A stretch of 64,000 nt of DNA, taken from IMG/VR virus record IMGVR_UViG_3300005613_000011, positions 1 to 64,000 of that record; one strand, written 5' to 3'. This stretch comes from a virus. Below the pieces are notes generated by a model that was not told the DNA's origin, ran no database searches, and was given only the letters and a program-made list of their open reading frames with translations. Within the stretch, counting starts at the first letter, position 1, and each line of letters opens with the position of its first letter. Below are positions 1 through 9,817 of this stretch, piece by piece. A program made the translations under genes and the position numbers.

Positions 1-510
1 CTCGATACTTACATTTGATTCGTGAACATATACGCAAACATTTTGTATATATGCTTTTCTGAGAATTTCTTCTATGTATGAAGATTTGCTTTCCGGGAAA
101 AATGTTAATACGGCGACATCTGATTGTTTGATTATACACCAAAGAATAGAACTTGCTAGTGCGTTGATAGAAGTCTCTTTTCTTTCGTTTATTGCCTTAA
201 CATACAGGGGTTTACTTTTTTGGGCGAATCCCCTCATCCCTCTTATGTTGTTAGACGCTATAATCCCTGCATGCATGGTAGAAAGGCCAAGAAGATCGTC
301 AGGAACCGATGTTTCTTCCACAAAAACCTCTAAATCCGAAAACTCGTTCAGGTCTTTGTGGCTTGGCAGTCCCGAACCTATTATAGCAAAAGATGTACTG
401 TACCCGCTGCATTTCCCGCTTATCCCAAACCGGGAGGCATCGTAGGTAAACGGTTCAATATTTTTAGTCGTAGTCCTGGGCTTTTTGTATGTTACGTTGA
501 ATTTGCTCAT
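1..510 (-). CDS. Subtilisin (S8)-like protein, apparently catalytically degenerate; runs off window start
   Basis: Not in ORF track. ATG at 510 overlaps the upstream stop (ATGA) and the frame is open to base 1. FAIIGSGLPSHKDL and DDLLGLSTMHAGIIAS align with subtilase VAVIDTG..HPDL and D..GHGTHVAGIIA motifs. Confidence 0.65.
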   Translation of the reverse strand, partial: MSKFNVTYKKPRTTTKNIEPFTYDASRFGISGKCSGYSTSFAIIGSGLPSHKDLNEFSDLEVFVEETSVPDDLLGLSTMHAGIIASNNIRGMRGFAQKSKPLYVKAINERKETSINALASSILWCIIKQSDVAVLTFFPESKSSYIEEILRKAYIQNVCVYVHESNVSIE

Positions 511-1211
511 TTAATCAAACTTAGTGGAACGGGAAATATTTTCCCCTTTCCAAACATTTCTATTTTTGTTGTTTGTGGTAATGTCTTCAAGAATAGTACA
601 AACTTTCTCATGAATATAGACAAGTGCATGACAAAGTGATCGTCGGTAATAATATTGTTGCACCTGTTAATCTCGTCTATTTTCTTGAATATGTTTTCCC
701 TGTAAGGGACTTCCCAAAGATTGCTTTTGTTTAATTGCATCTTTTTTACAATATACCTCTTTAGGTTAATATTAGATAATGCAAGCCCGGTTCTGTGTTT
801 TTTTGCTTTTGTTTTTGGCTTGTAGTTAAGATCGTATGACTCGCCGTGCCACTTCATATTGGCAAGGTCGAAATATACCTGAAACATGTTCTTGTTTATT
901 TTTGTATTGCCGAAAATCGCATCGTAAAACTTCTTGCTGTCCTTATTATAGCCGAAGCCTATCTTTTCCTTCCCTCTTGCGTTTGACAGTTGCTCCGGAT
1001 CGAGATAGATAACCTTGTCATATTCCTTATTTACTTTATTGAATTTTTGTTTTGTGTAAACATTTCTCACTTTTTTGTTATACTTAAAGATGCAGCGTGT
1101 CTTTTCATCACTGACAACGTAATCTATCTTCCCATTGTCGAGAGCCTTTAGAATGCACGTAGACACGAAGCATTCTCTTTGCTTGCCTAGATGTACGATA
1201 AGGGTTTCCAT
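507..1211 (-). CDS. GT9 (heptosyltransferase-like) glycosyltransferase homologue, short and degenerate
   Basis: LIVHLGKQRECFVSTCILKAL resembles LIIKLGAIGDVxxTTPLLRAL; INRCNNIITDDHFVMHLSIFMRKFVLFL resembles GT9 xxxCDxxITxDTxxMHLAxALxKPxxxL. Confidence 0.6.
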   Translation of the reverse strand: METLIVHLGKQRECFVSTCILKALDNGKIDYVVSDEKTRCIFKYNKKVRNVYTKQKFNKVNKEYDKVIYLDPEQLSNARGKEKIGFGYNKDSKKFYDAIFGNTKINKNMFQVYFDLANMKWHGESYDLNYKPKTKAKKHRTGLALSNINLKRYIVKKMQLNKSNLWEVPYRENIFKKIDEINRCNNIITDDHFVMHLSIFMRKFVLFLKTLPQTTKIEMFGKGKIFPVPLSLIK

Positions 1212-1904
1212 TTAAAAATCGTCTGGCAGGAGAGATCCTTCGTTAGATCCTGTTGTTGGTGCTCCTATGAAGTCATCGGGCAGCAGAGATCCTTCGTTTG
1301 ACGTTGAGGTAACTGGTCCTGGTTTTACGTCTATCTCTATATAGTCATCTCCTGTTGAAGATATCTCGTCTTCGTAAGTTCCAATATAATCATCTATTTT
1401 CCTGTCTACTATTATATTATCTAGTGCTTTGTCTTGTTTCGACTGTCTTTTCTTTTGCCCTGCGAAATAATCTTTTCTTATTTTTGCTGCTTGCGATTCG
1501 GTTACTATCTGCAATTGACCGTTTTTAAGCATCTTCTTAAGTACCGGGTGTTCTTGGAACACGTCTTTCCCGTGTCTTTCATATAGTTCTTCAAGAGGGA
1601 CGAAGTGGGAAGGATTATTAAATTTCATGTCTAGTTCCTGTATCAGCATGCATCCCTTTGACGTTGTTCTCAGGTATGTCTTTTCGTCTTTTTGTACCGC
1701 TTCTTTTACTATTGTGCTTGATACTGTCTCTATTACTTCTACCACATCTTGGGCTGTAGCTTCTTGTGCGCTTGTTATATAGATGACCTTTTCGTTACCG
1801 ATTATTTGTTTTATTGCTTCTATGTCTGAAAACAGGCATTGTCTCTTGCCTTCGTTTGTATAGATGTCTAGGCATCCATTTCCCATGTTTAGAAATACAA
1901 TCAT
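1212..1904 (-). CDS. Hypothetical protein with duplicated C-terminal SNEGSLLPDDF motif
   Basis: 230-aa ORF with AGGAG RBS. The central domain resembles the N-terminus of ORF 27428-28009. Confidence 0.8.
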   Translation of the reverse strand: MIVFLNMGNGCLDIYTNEGKRQCLFSDIEAIKQIIGNEKVIYITSAQEATAQDVVEVIETVSSTIVKEAVQKDEKTYLRTTSKGCMLIQELDMKFNNPSHFVPLEELYERHGKDVFQEHPVLKKMLKNGQLQIVTESQAAKIRKDYFAGQKKRQSKQDKALDNIIVDRKIDDYIGTYEDEISSTGDDYIEIDVKPGPVTSTSNEGSLLPDDFIGAPTTGSNEGSLLPDDF

Positions 1905-1988
1905 ATTATTTTCTCCTATTTAATTGTCGGAAAAAAAGAAAACCCCATCTACAATATAGACAGGGTATTAGAAGAAAAATTTTTCCTC

Positions 1989-2423
1989 TTATTTTTTCTT
2001 CTTCTTTAATGTGGTATTTGAATAAAATGATGCCATTCCCCTGACTGAAGCATTGTCGCTTTTCATCGCCTTATCTGCACATGCTTTTGAGGGGCCAGAG
2101 AAACCATTTCTTTTGCACCATTCGGTAAATCTGCCTTTCTTTAGTTTCTTGGGCCAACCGTCTGACTCTTTTTTGCTTGCAGTTACAGTGATTTGAGGTT
2201 GTACTTGTTGATCTTCTTTTTTGACTTCTGCTTTTTTGTTTTGATCACGAATATGCTCGATACACCTATCATACTTCTCTTTGTCATTTTTATTCCATTT
2301 GCTTCTTTCTTGAGTCCCCGCTGTAGAGCCTACGCTTGTAATACAAATTGCGTAAGGATTAGAAGGTTTGTCGTATTTGCTTTTTCTTTTTCCTGAGAAT
2401 TTTTCAGTTTGAATAATTTTCAT
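1989..2423 (-). CDS. Basic hypothetical protein with MKIIQTEKF leader (possible internal head protein)
   Basis: 144-aa Lys-rich ORF with an NPYAIC motif; shares its N-terminus with neighbours. Confidence 0.75.
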   Translation of the reverse strand: MKIIQTEKFSGKRKSKYDKPSNPYAICITSVGSTAGTQERSKWNKNDKEKYDRCIEHIRDQNKKAEVKKEDQQVQPQITVTASKKESDGWPKKLKKGRFTEWCKRNGFSGPSKACADKAMKSDNASVRGMASFYSNTTLKKKKK

Positions 2424-2431
2424 TTTATCCC

Positions 2432-2944
2432 TTACAAATGACCGAACCTTCCTGGTTCGTCCTTTCTTAAATCATATTCATAGTCTACTCTAAGATCTTC
2501 TTCAGAGTCATAATCTAGATCTATCTCGTTAATTATATCTTCGTATTCGCCTTCTATAGTTTTTTTAACTTCGTCAGAAAGTTCTCCAATAGGCTTCCCG
2601 TTCACTATTAGTGTCACATTCGTGACTATTCTTTCGTCGTCTCCTTCTGGAGGCCAACCTAGTTGGTCTGGGCCACCATGCATTGAACCAGGGTCACGAT
2701 ATCCAGTACTTTCAAAATCTATTACTAATTCTATTTGGTCTTCACTGTCCAGTCTTATTGGAATAGTACTTACATCTTTGATAATGGCTGATTGAAGTTG
2801 ACCTGACAAGTCTATGTCATTAGTAATGTCAAAGAGGTTTCCTTCTTCTCCTATATTTATTTCAATAGAAAAACTACCTGGAACTTTATTCCATCTCTCT
2901 ACTGCTTCTTTTCTCAAGTACTTTGCTGTTTTAATTATTTTCAT
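2432..2944 (-). CDS. Acidic hypothetical protein with MKIIKTAKY leader
   Basis: 170-aa ORF in a tightly packed operon. Confidence 0.75.
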   Translation of the reverse strand: MKIIKTAKYLRKEAVERWNKVPGSFSIEINIGEEGNLFDITNDIDLSGQLQSAIIKDVSTIPIRLDSEDQIELVIDFESTGYRDPGSMHGGPDQLGWPPEGDDERIVTNVTLIVNGKPIGELSDEVKKTIEGEYEDIINEIDLDYDSEEDLRVDYEYDLRKDEPGRFGHL

Positions 2945-2983
2945 GTTTACTCTCTCTGTGGTTAAAGTTAGTTACAATCTACA

Positions 2984-2998
2984 CGCCCCTGCGGGGCG
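2984..2998. other. GC-rich hairpin CGCCCC-TGC-GGGGCG (GCA triloop on minus strand)
   Basis: Perfect 6-bp inverted repeat in an AT-rich intergenic gap. Confidence 0.6.
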
Positions 2999-3005
2999 CG
3001 ACCTA

Positions 3006-3389
3006 TTATATAAATCTATTTGTTAATTCTTTTAATAATTTTTGTAATCTTTGTTTATATGCTGCAACAGAGTTAGCAACATCTTCAATATCGCCGTTAT
3101 CTAATTTGATTGACAAGTCATATGTTTCGCCTAGATCCATACCGGCCAAGCGTTGAGCGATATAGTCACCTCCATAATAGTCTTGTCCTTCTGAAACATT
3201 AGATTGTGTTTTTGCTTTATCAATAATTTGCTTTTCTAGTTTGAATATCTCAAAACTATCTTTTCTAATAGATTCTAACTCCTCTGATGGACCTAGTTCC
3301 TTTGATGTCTCTAATAAAAATTTTGTAATCGCATCAAATAAATATACCTCTGCTCGTTTAATGTATTCTGTTGTTTTAATAATTTTCAT
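3006..3389 (-). CDS. Hypothetical protein with MKIIKTTEY leader
   Basis: 127-aa ORF with the shared leader. Confidence 0.75.
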   Translation of the reverse strand: MKIIKTTEYIKRAEVYLFDAITKFLLETSKELGPSEELESIRKDSFEIFKLEKQIIDKAKTQSNVSEGQDYYGGDYIAQRLAGMDLGETYDLSIKLDNGDIEDVANSVAAYKQRLQKLLKELTNRFI

Positions 3390-3393
3390 TTTT

Positions 3394-3798
3394 TTATCCC
3401 ATAGTCACAACCAGGTCATATTTTTCTAATGGTTCACTTATTTGCCCACAACCTGAAGCAATAACAGACCCGTATAACTTGTCGGGCTTACCTCTATTAT
3501 TAGTAAAGTCTATCTCAAATTTCCATTCTTTATAATCGTTTGGAATCTTCCATTTTTCCCTTGTCCATGTCTGTTGAAAACTTGGAGATACACCATATTC
3601 TGTACTTGTAATTGTATAACTTAGACCTAGACTGTCTATAGTCTTGAAAATCTCGTGAACAGGAACCCATGAATCGTCAGAAAAGATCCCTTGAGATATC
3701 GGGTAAAGTATTTTATGTAATTTATTTGACAAACTTTTCTTGGATATATTATCGAATGCGTTTCTTTGTGCGAATTTTTCAGTTTGTATAATTTTCAT
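3394..3798 (-). CDS. Hypothetical protein with MKIIQTEKF leader
   Basis: 134-aa ORF; first 9 aa identical to ORF 1989-2423. Confidence 0.75.
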   Translation of the reverse strand: MKIIQTEKFAQRNAFDNISKKSLSNKLHKILYPISQGIFSDDSWVPVHEIFKTIDSLGLSYTITSTEYGVSPSFQQTWTREKWKIPNDYKEWKFEIDFTNNRGKPDKLYGSVIASGCGQISEPLEKYDLVVTMG

Positions 3799-3999
3799 AA
3801 TTTAAATTTCTAAAAATAAGTATACAAGTCCTTCTATAAATTAATTCGATTTTTTCCATGTTGTACCTCTTATTTTTTTAAAAAATGCCACAAAAAGCGA
3901 GGAGAGAAGCCACAAGGCCGAAATAAAGGAAGGAAACGAACATATATTTAGAAAAGGGTTTTTCAGCTACAAGTTGTATTTAATGATTAAGGAGCAAAT

Positions 4000-5004
4000 A
4001 TGCCAACAATAACAGCAATAGCCGACTTCAAAGGCACGTTTATACAAGGAACAACAGGAACACTCTTCCTGAAAATAACTGATTTCGACGGGAATCCTAC
4101 AGATCCAGAAGAAATCACAATCACAATACGATTCTGGGACGGAACACTGATAACCTCAACAACTCCAGAAAAAGCGACAGAAGGCTTCTACGTGTACGAT
4201 TGGGAAACAGAAGACGATCAAACTGTCGGAGAATACGAAATAACGTGGGAATTCGAAAGAGACGGAGAAACATATACAGAACTGCAATCAGTAATAGTCG
4301 CAGAGAATGCAGACGATACAAACATGTACTCAGGCAAGGCAATAGCCGTAAGAGAATCTCTGGAAAGATATATAACTTGCGCTCAAAATATCCCTGTCTA
4401 CTTCGAACAGTCAAAACCAACTCACAATAGAAGAACGTATAGATTCACCTTCCCAAGATGGAACCAGGTAACAGGAGTTAAAATATACAGAAATAACAAT
4501 CTTATGGATAGCGGTCTAGAAGTGAATTTCTTCAATGGAGAAGTTGTTTTTGATACCACACAAACTCAATACGACATGATACATGCAGACTACAACTTCA
4601 GGTGGTTTACAGACAGCGAATTGGATGAATATTTGAATAATGCAGTAGCAGATTTTAACTCATATCCACCTCATACAGGATATACGTTGGCAGGTAGCGC
4701 GGAACTTCCTGACAGATATCTCCCGAGTATAATAAGAAAAGCTGCTGTAGATGCAATAAGACATCTTATGATGTGCCTGCAATTCCAGCAGCCTCAACAA
4801 GTTTTCGGCGGTGCTGAAGGTGCAGCAAAAGCATTTGCTAATTTCGAAACACTGAAGAAAAACTATGAGGGAGATTGGGATAAGGTTGTTGACGCAAAAA
4901 AATATGGGCCATACCCTCGAACTATGATCATATCTACACCGGAGTATACATTGCCAGGAGGCCGCAGTCGCTGGTTCAGATATTTGTTTTCTAGTGGCCA
5001 GTAG
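4000..5004 (+). CDS. Virion protein: N-terminal Ig-like domain plus putative head-tail adaptor/neck domain
   Basis: AAGGAG RBS; Thr-rich beta-sandwich N-terminus (GFYVYDW..VGEYEITW); helical C-terminus FTDSELDEYLNNAVADFNSYPP resembles large-phage neck proteins. Confidence 0.55.
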   Translation: MPTITAIADFKGTFIQGTTGTLFLKITDFDGNPTDPEEITITIRFWDGTLITSTTPEKATEGFYVYDWETEDDQTVGEYEITWEFERDGETYTELQSVIVAENADDTNMYSGKAIAVRESLERYITCAQNIPVYFEQSKPTHNRRTYRFTFPRWNQVTGVKIYRNNNLMDSGLEVNFFNGEVVFDTTQTQYDMIHADYNFRWFTDSELDEYLNNAVADFNSYPPHTGYTLAGSAELPDRYLPSIIRKAAVDAIRHLMMCLQFQQPQQVFGGAEGAAKAFANFETLKKNYEGDWDKVVDAKKYGPYPRTMIISTPEYTLPGGRSRWFRYLFSSGQ

Positions 5005-5065
5005 TCCTTATTCTACAATAAGTTACAACAATTTAATTATTATCATTTATTAATATATTAATAAT

Positions 5066-5155
5066 TACTTCTTCGTATATTATGTTTTAGTTAGATCTAT
5101 TTCTTAGTATATTATATAAATTTCCTACTTTACTTCTTCATATATCATATCTTAG
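5066..5155. repeat. Imperfect 25-bp direct repeat (5066-5090 and 5131-5155) in an extremely AT-rich intergenic region
   Basis: tacttcttcgtatattatgttttag vs tacttcttcatatatcatatcttag, 21/25 identical. Confidence 0.7.
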
Positions 5156-5197
5156 ATTATGTAAAAACACTTTATTTTAAAATCTTATTATTTTTAT

Positions 5198-5223
5198 TAA
5201 AGGTTTTTATAATTATACCGATA
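5198..5223 (+). promoter_or_regulatory. Putative promoter TAAAGG-N15-CGATA upstream of the homing endonuclease
   Basis: The same bipartite motif recurs upstream of several transcription units. Confidence 0.5.
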
Positions 5224-5273
5224 TATAAAGTGCAAGTAAACGTTATAACTTATATTGTGGAAAGGAAATCAGA

Positions 5274-6380
5274 ATGGCACTTAAAGGTCAAATCGTAAGC
5301 GAAGAAACTAAACAAAAGAAAAAAGAAACACAGAAAAAACGACTAATGGAAAAATATGACTGGACCCTTATAGAACCGTACCAGGACGTTGAACTAAAAA
5401 TGTCTTCACGAGGAAGGCAAAAAAAATATATTACATTAAAACAATTTAAACAAAAACTAGAAGGAGACATGTATATACAGGACTTTCAAAAAGAAACATC
5501 TAAAGCTTTAGTTGGTTTCTTTAGTGCTTTTTGTCAAGGTAAAATTAAATTAGAGAAACAAACGTTTATAGATGAATACGAAAAAGGAAAAAGTTTAGTT
5601 GAAATAGCAGAAAAATATAATATTCCAAAAGACTATATTGGATTTCTAAGACAATTATTTGAGATTAAATCCAAAGGAGCGACTTTTCGACATAGAAAAT
5701 TAACAGAAGTACCATTGACACAAAGACAAAGAGAAATTATATATGGATCTATGATGGGTGATGCAAAGAAGTTTGCTCCTGCTTCTGTTGGTTTTGGGCA
5801 TGGACCAAAACAAAAATCATACTTAGAGTGGAAATATGAGGAGTTAAGACCTTTAGCGACAGAACAAGGGATTAAAGAATATTCGTCATATGATAAAAGA
5901 AGTGGTAATTTGAGTTTTTCGTACAGATTTTATACCTATTCGAATACAGAACTAGAAGAAATTAATAAACTGTTTTATTCGGGTCTAGAACAAAAAAAAG
6001 AAGTATCAACTAAAATATTATCTAATTTAACTCCTCTTTCTATCGCCGTATGGTTTATGGATGATGGCAAGACAGACTGGAATCATCGATCTTTGAAAAA
6101 AAGACCAAATAGGGCAACAGAAACTCACTTTCTTTGTGCTGATTCTTTTTCTTTTGATTCTTGCGAAAATATAAAAGGGTGGTTTTTTAAGAGATATAAT
6201 ATAAAATGCAGAATGAAATCTAATGGTTTTCGTAAAAGAAGCACTATTATAAAATATAGAATAGTTATTGAGCATGAATCAAATGAAAATTTCATTAATT
6301 TAATTCGTCCTTATATTTTACCTTTATTTTATTATAAGACCAATTATCAAGCATACCTAAAATGGAGAAGAAATGATTAG
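5274..6380 (+). CDS. Free-standing LAGLIDADG homing endonuclease with NUMOD3-like N-terminus
   Basis: Two LAGLIDADG helices, QREIIYGSMMGDA and LTPLSIAVWFMDDG; N-terminal GQIVSEETKQK. Confidence 0.9.
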   Translation: MALKGQIVSEETKQKKKETQKKRLMEKYDWTLIEPYQDVELKMSSRGRQKKYITLKQFKQKLEGDMYIQDFQKETSKALVGFFSAFCQGKIKLEKQTFIDEYEKGKSLVEIAEKYNIPKDYIGFLRQLFEIKSKGATFRHRKLTEVPLTQRQREIIYGSMMGDAKKFAPASVGFGHGPKQKSYLEWKYEELRPLATEQGIKEYSSYDKRSGNLSFSYRFYTYSNTELEEINKLFYSGLEQKKEVSTKILSNLTPLSIAVWFMDDGKTDWNHRSLKKRPNRATETHFLCADSFSFDSCENIKGWFFKRYNIKCRMKSNGFRKRSTIIKYRIVIEHESNENFINLIRPYILPLFYYKTNYQAYLKWRRND

Positions 6381-6669
6381 AGCAGACCTAATGACATTCA
6401 CTAAACCAGTTTATTATTTTAATGACGGGAAAGAGCCTGACGCAGAAGAGATAAGAGACGTAGCGGAGCACCTTGAAAAGTCACTAAATAAAGTAGCAGA
6501 CGCTGTTGAAAAACTCAAGATAGACAAAAATTGGGAGATGGAATACAATCATGGTGAAATATCCTTATTTAACGATCAAATAGAAGATGAAAATGAGTTT
6601 AACGAGTATCTTGAAAAAATAAATGTCGATAAAGATCTATTTTATCTGATAGATTTAGATGAAGAATAA
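6373..6669 (+). CDS. Acidic hypothetical protein
   Basis: 98-aa ORF with GGAG RBS, overlapping the upstream stop. Confidence 0.75.
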   Translation: MIRADLMTFTKPVYYFNDGKEPDAEEIRDVAEHLEKSLNKVADAVEKLKIDKNWEMEYNHGEISLFNDQIEDENEFNEYLEKINVDKDLFYLIDLDEE

Positions 6670-6789
6670 TTTTTACGGAAAATAGATTACCAAGAATACT
6701 TAAAATAGCGATGTAAATAAATATTTTTGATATTTGTTATTTTCTGCGTATCTTAATGCTATATATAATAGTGGCAGCAGAAAAAGTGG

Positions 6790-7122
6790 TTGTTGCATAA
6801 GTCTATAACTACCACATATTGGAGACTTGTTATGAGTATATATAAAATTAAGTTAAAGGATCTAGACAACAAGGATATTGGGGAAAATGAAGTTATACAA
6901 AAATTAATAAATGGCAATTCAAATTCGTCTAATACAAACAATATACCACTGAAATATCTCGCCAAATACTTTAAACCAGCAGCAGCAAAATTGGACACTA
7001 TAAAACCAATAATAAGGCAAATTAGTTCTATCCAAAATTTTGATTCTAAAGAAATTGATTTTATGTTGCCAGATTTACCTGAACATAAAGAAGATAAGTT
7101 TTTTTTCAAAAAAAAACCTTAA
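6790..7122 (+). CDS. Hypothetical protein (start probably MSIYK at 6832)
   Basis: ORF track; GGAG precedes the ATG at 6832. Confidence 0.55.
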   Translation: MLHKSITTTYWRLVMSIYKIKLKDLDNKDIGENEVIQKLINGNSNSSNTNNIPLKYLAKYFKPAAAKLDTIKPIIRQISSIQNFDSKEIDFMLPDLPEHKEDKFFFKKKP

Positions 7123-7250
7123 AAACAATTATAATAGGAAGTATATCAGGTATTATATCCGCTGTAATTGCTTTTATATTAATTGATACTTTCTTTAACT
7201 AATGATTTTCACAATAGGCAAAACCAATAATTGCAAATGTGGAGAAATAA

Positions 7251-7502
7251 ATGAGTTATCCTTCAGTACTAACAAAAAAGCAAATGGAAATAATGCATAA
7301 AGCGATGAAATACTCTTTATACAAAAAAGGAGATCTTGTCCATCATGGAAAATACAGGTTGTTAGAAGATGCTGCCGCTCACGGATGCCCTTGGGTTGAG
7401 GACGTTGAGACAGGCGAGAGACGTTGCATGACCATGTACGGTCATATGGAAGTTTTCAAGCAGATGTGCGAAGATGCAGGAATATGTCATCGCACTCATT
7501 AA
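7251..7502 (+). CDS. Hypothetical protein
   Basis: 83-aa ORF with GGAG RBS. Confidence 0.7.
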   Translation: MSYPSVLTKKQMEIMHKAMKYSLYKKGDLVHHGKYRLLEDAAAHGCPWVEDVETGERRCMTMYGHMEVFKQMCEDAGICHRTH

Positions 7503-7541
7503 TTCTATTCGATAATAATTTGTAAAATATGAGGTGAAGAA

Positions 7542-8297
7542 ATGAGTTTTTATATAGCATCAAAATCGCAAGTTGTCGCTCGAAAATGGAAAGAAATTTT
7601 AGAGTCTGAAGGTTACGATATTGTAGCCAGGTGGATTGATGAATACGATTTTGGTTCAGGTCCACCATACGATGACATTAAGCGATCAGAAAATGCTGTT
7701 GCAGATGAAGAAGACATTAGAGCGGCAGATGCTTTGATTTTTAGATCTGAACCTGATGGAGTTAGAGTTGCTGGTGGCAAGCATGTTGAAACTGGGATAG
7801 CAATTGCATTGCACAAACAAGTTTACGTAATTGGTCCTAAAGAAAATATTTTCCATTGGCATCCATTAGTGAAAATATTTGATACTTTTGACGATTTCAC
7901 AAAATATATACTTATTATGGAGAAAAAAATGACAGGAATCAAAAAAGACAAAAACGATCATATTTGGATTAAAAGAAATAAAAGCGTTGCTCCTTTTAGA
8001 TGCAAAAATTGTGGAGCTTTATCTGGATCGGATAAAGCTTTTGAGAAATGCCCTAATAAACGCTCTGATTCAAGCGTTGACTTTCTAGAAGAACAAACAA
8101 AACACTGGTTAGCTTTTAATTTTGAGAAAGCCTCCCAATTCAGTTTCACAAAAGGTATTTCTTATAGAGAGGCCGTTTTTTATTTGGCAGGCATGGAACA
8201 TGGTGCGAATGATTATACAAAAAAACAAATCCAAAAAGAAAGAGATGATTTAATTTCGCAACTAGAAAAAATCAATGAAGAGTTAAGTGACTTATAA
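7542..8297 (+). CDS. Nucleoside 2-deoxyribosyltransferase-like domain fused to a C-terminal CxxC domain
   Basis: FYIAS, DEEDIRAADALIF and GGKHVETGIAIALHKQVYVIG match the NDT-like fold; GAGGTG RBS. Confidence 0.75.
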   Translation: MSFYIASKSQVVARKWKEILESEGYDIVARWIDEYDFGSGPPYDDIKRSENAVADEEDIRAADALIFRSEPDGVRVAGGKHVETGIAIALHKQVYVIGPKENIFHWHPLVKIFDTFDDFTKYILIMEKKMTGIKKDKNDHIWIKRNKSVAPFRCKNCGALSGSDKAFEKCPNKRSDSSVDFLEEQTKHWLAFNFEKASQFSFTKGISYREAVFYLAGMEHGANDYTKKQIQKERDDLISQLEKINEELSDL

Positions 8298-8303
8298 ACA
8301 GAG

Positions 8304-8542
8304 ATGCAAAAGTAAAAATAATTGATGGACCACTACAAGATACAGATACCTTTCTGTGTGGCAGCGAAAATATAGGCGATATTATACTTTGTTCTCCTCA
8401 CTATAATAAGTACGTTGCCTATAAATATCGCATTGATGCGAACATGGATCTCGCATTTACAGGTGAAATTGTTAATTTAAATCCGTTAGAATTAAAAACA
8501 ATTACTCTTGACAAAAATAATAAAGTAATAGGAGTTGAATAA
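8304..8542 (+). pseudogene. Probable small gene frameshifted in an A-run (MQK/VKIIDGPLQD...NKVIGVE)
   Basis: Adding one A after ATG CAA joins the ATG to a long open frame ending TAA at 8540-8542. Confidence 0.45.
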
Positions 8543-8543
8543 T

Positions 8544-9817
8544 GTCAATTACCCCTCCCACAAGGGGAGGGGCTTGTTCAGCCGGATAAACTGGGAACAA
8601 TAGGCTGATTGACAACAGCCCTATCTGGATAGCCTGTAGCGTCCAGATATTTGAGACAAATATTACGACTAGCATTGAGGTCAGCATTAAGTTGAAAACC
8701 ACATTTCTTACAACTAAACAGAGATTGACAAACCCTGTTTGCTCTCTTAATATGACCGCATCTGCTACATCTCTGACTAGTATACCTTGCATCAACATAA
8801 ACAATATTAATGCCTTTGGATTCAGCTTTGTACTTAATTATCCACTCCAACTGGAAGAAGTTCCAACGATTAACTTCTTTACGTTGGGCTTTTCTCCAAT
8901 TGTTAGTACGCTTACGAATACCAGTCAAATCTTCAAACACCAAAGTGTCTCCGCTTTGAAGTTTGCTAACAATCTGCTTAGAGATGCAATGATTGGCATC
9001 TTTCCTAAACCGTCTCTCCTTACCTCTAACTTTGGTAAGGTGTCTTTTAGCAGACCTTGTTTTCTTAGATTGAAGTTGACTTCTCAATCGTTGATATCTA
9101 TCAGAAACTTGTTTAACTTTTCCACCACCAAAGAATCTATTGTCAGAGGTTACAGCAAGTTTTTTAACTCCTCTATCACAGCCAACAAGATTCCCAGTTG
9201 GTTCTATGTCAGAAACTTCTTTTTCAAAAACAACATGGAGAAAAACTCTTCCTTTGCTATCAATAAGCAAATTAGCAGAAGTGTGTTTCCAATCCAAATA
9301 ACGTTCAAAGTACTCAGGAATATTAAGGCTAAACTTCTTTCTACCATCAATAGTAAGAATAGAAACTTTTCTACTTTCAAGCCAAAGTGTATAGGAGTTC
9401 TTATCAAGCCTGACACTACATTGTTTGGATTGAGGGCAAGAAATATGTTGTTTCTTCTTTCTAAGTGCTTTAACAGATTTAAGGGATTCAGTAGCTTTCA
9501 TTCTAGCAGATATAGCCAGTTGAGAAGGCAGGTATTGTCTTGTTGTTTGATAGGTTTTGTGGTGAAGAGACACACCATTAATATCGAATGGATTAAAACC
9601 TATTTGACAGACAAAATTGTAAGCTTTTGTATAGGCTTCAATAGTTGGTTTGATATCTTGTGTTGAGATATCAAGTCTAAGTTTAGCTGTCCGAATGAGT
9701 TTCATATATTACTATTATCGGATAGTTCTAAAGATTCCTTTAATAATTTTTTCAAATAGGAGAAAGTAGCAATTCCTCCTCTACCGCAAGGGTAGAGGTT
9801 TCCTTGCTACAAAGATT
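8544..9817 (-). mobile_element. IS200/IS605-family (IS1341-type, tnpB-only) element; TAM TTCAT
   Basis: Left-end hairpin CCTCTACC..GGTAGAGG near 9777-9798; right-end hairpin CCCCTCCC..GGGAGGGG ending TTGAC on minus. Ends are confirmed by the second copy at 26889-27090. Confidence 0.9.
8578..9705 (-). CDS. tnpB: RNA-guided endonuclease TnpB
   Basis: RuvC motifs VGCDRG, VFEDL and NADLNAS intact; Zn ribbon CSRC..CKKC. Confidence 0.95.
   Translation of the reverse strand: MKLIRTAKLRLDISTQDIKPTIEAYTKAYNFVCQIGFNPFDINGVSLHHKTYQTTRQYLPSQLAISARMKATESLKSVKALRKKKQHISCPQSKQCSVRLDKNSYTLWLESRKVSILTIDGRKKFSLNIPEYFERYLDWKHTSANLLIDSKGRVFLHVVFEKEVSDIEPTGNLVGCDRGVKKLAVTSDNRFFGGGKVKQVSDRYQRLRSQLQSKKTRSAKRHLTKVRGKERRFRKDANHCISKQIVSKLQSGDTLVFEDLTGIRKRTNNWRKAQRKEVNRWNFFQLEWIIKYKAESKGINIVYVDARYTSQRCSRCGHIKRANRVCQSLFSCKKCGFQLNADLNASRNICLKYLDATGYPDRAVVNQPIVPSLSG

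Noticed and set aside
8692-9666. 324-aa plus-strand ORF
   Set aside because: Antisense shadow of tnpB with no recognisable motifs.
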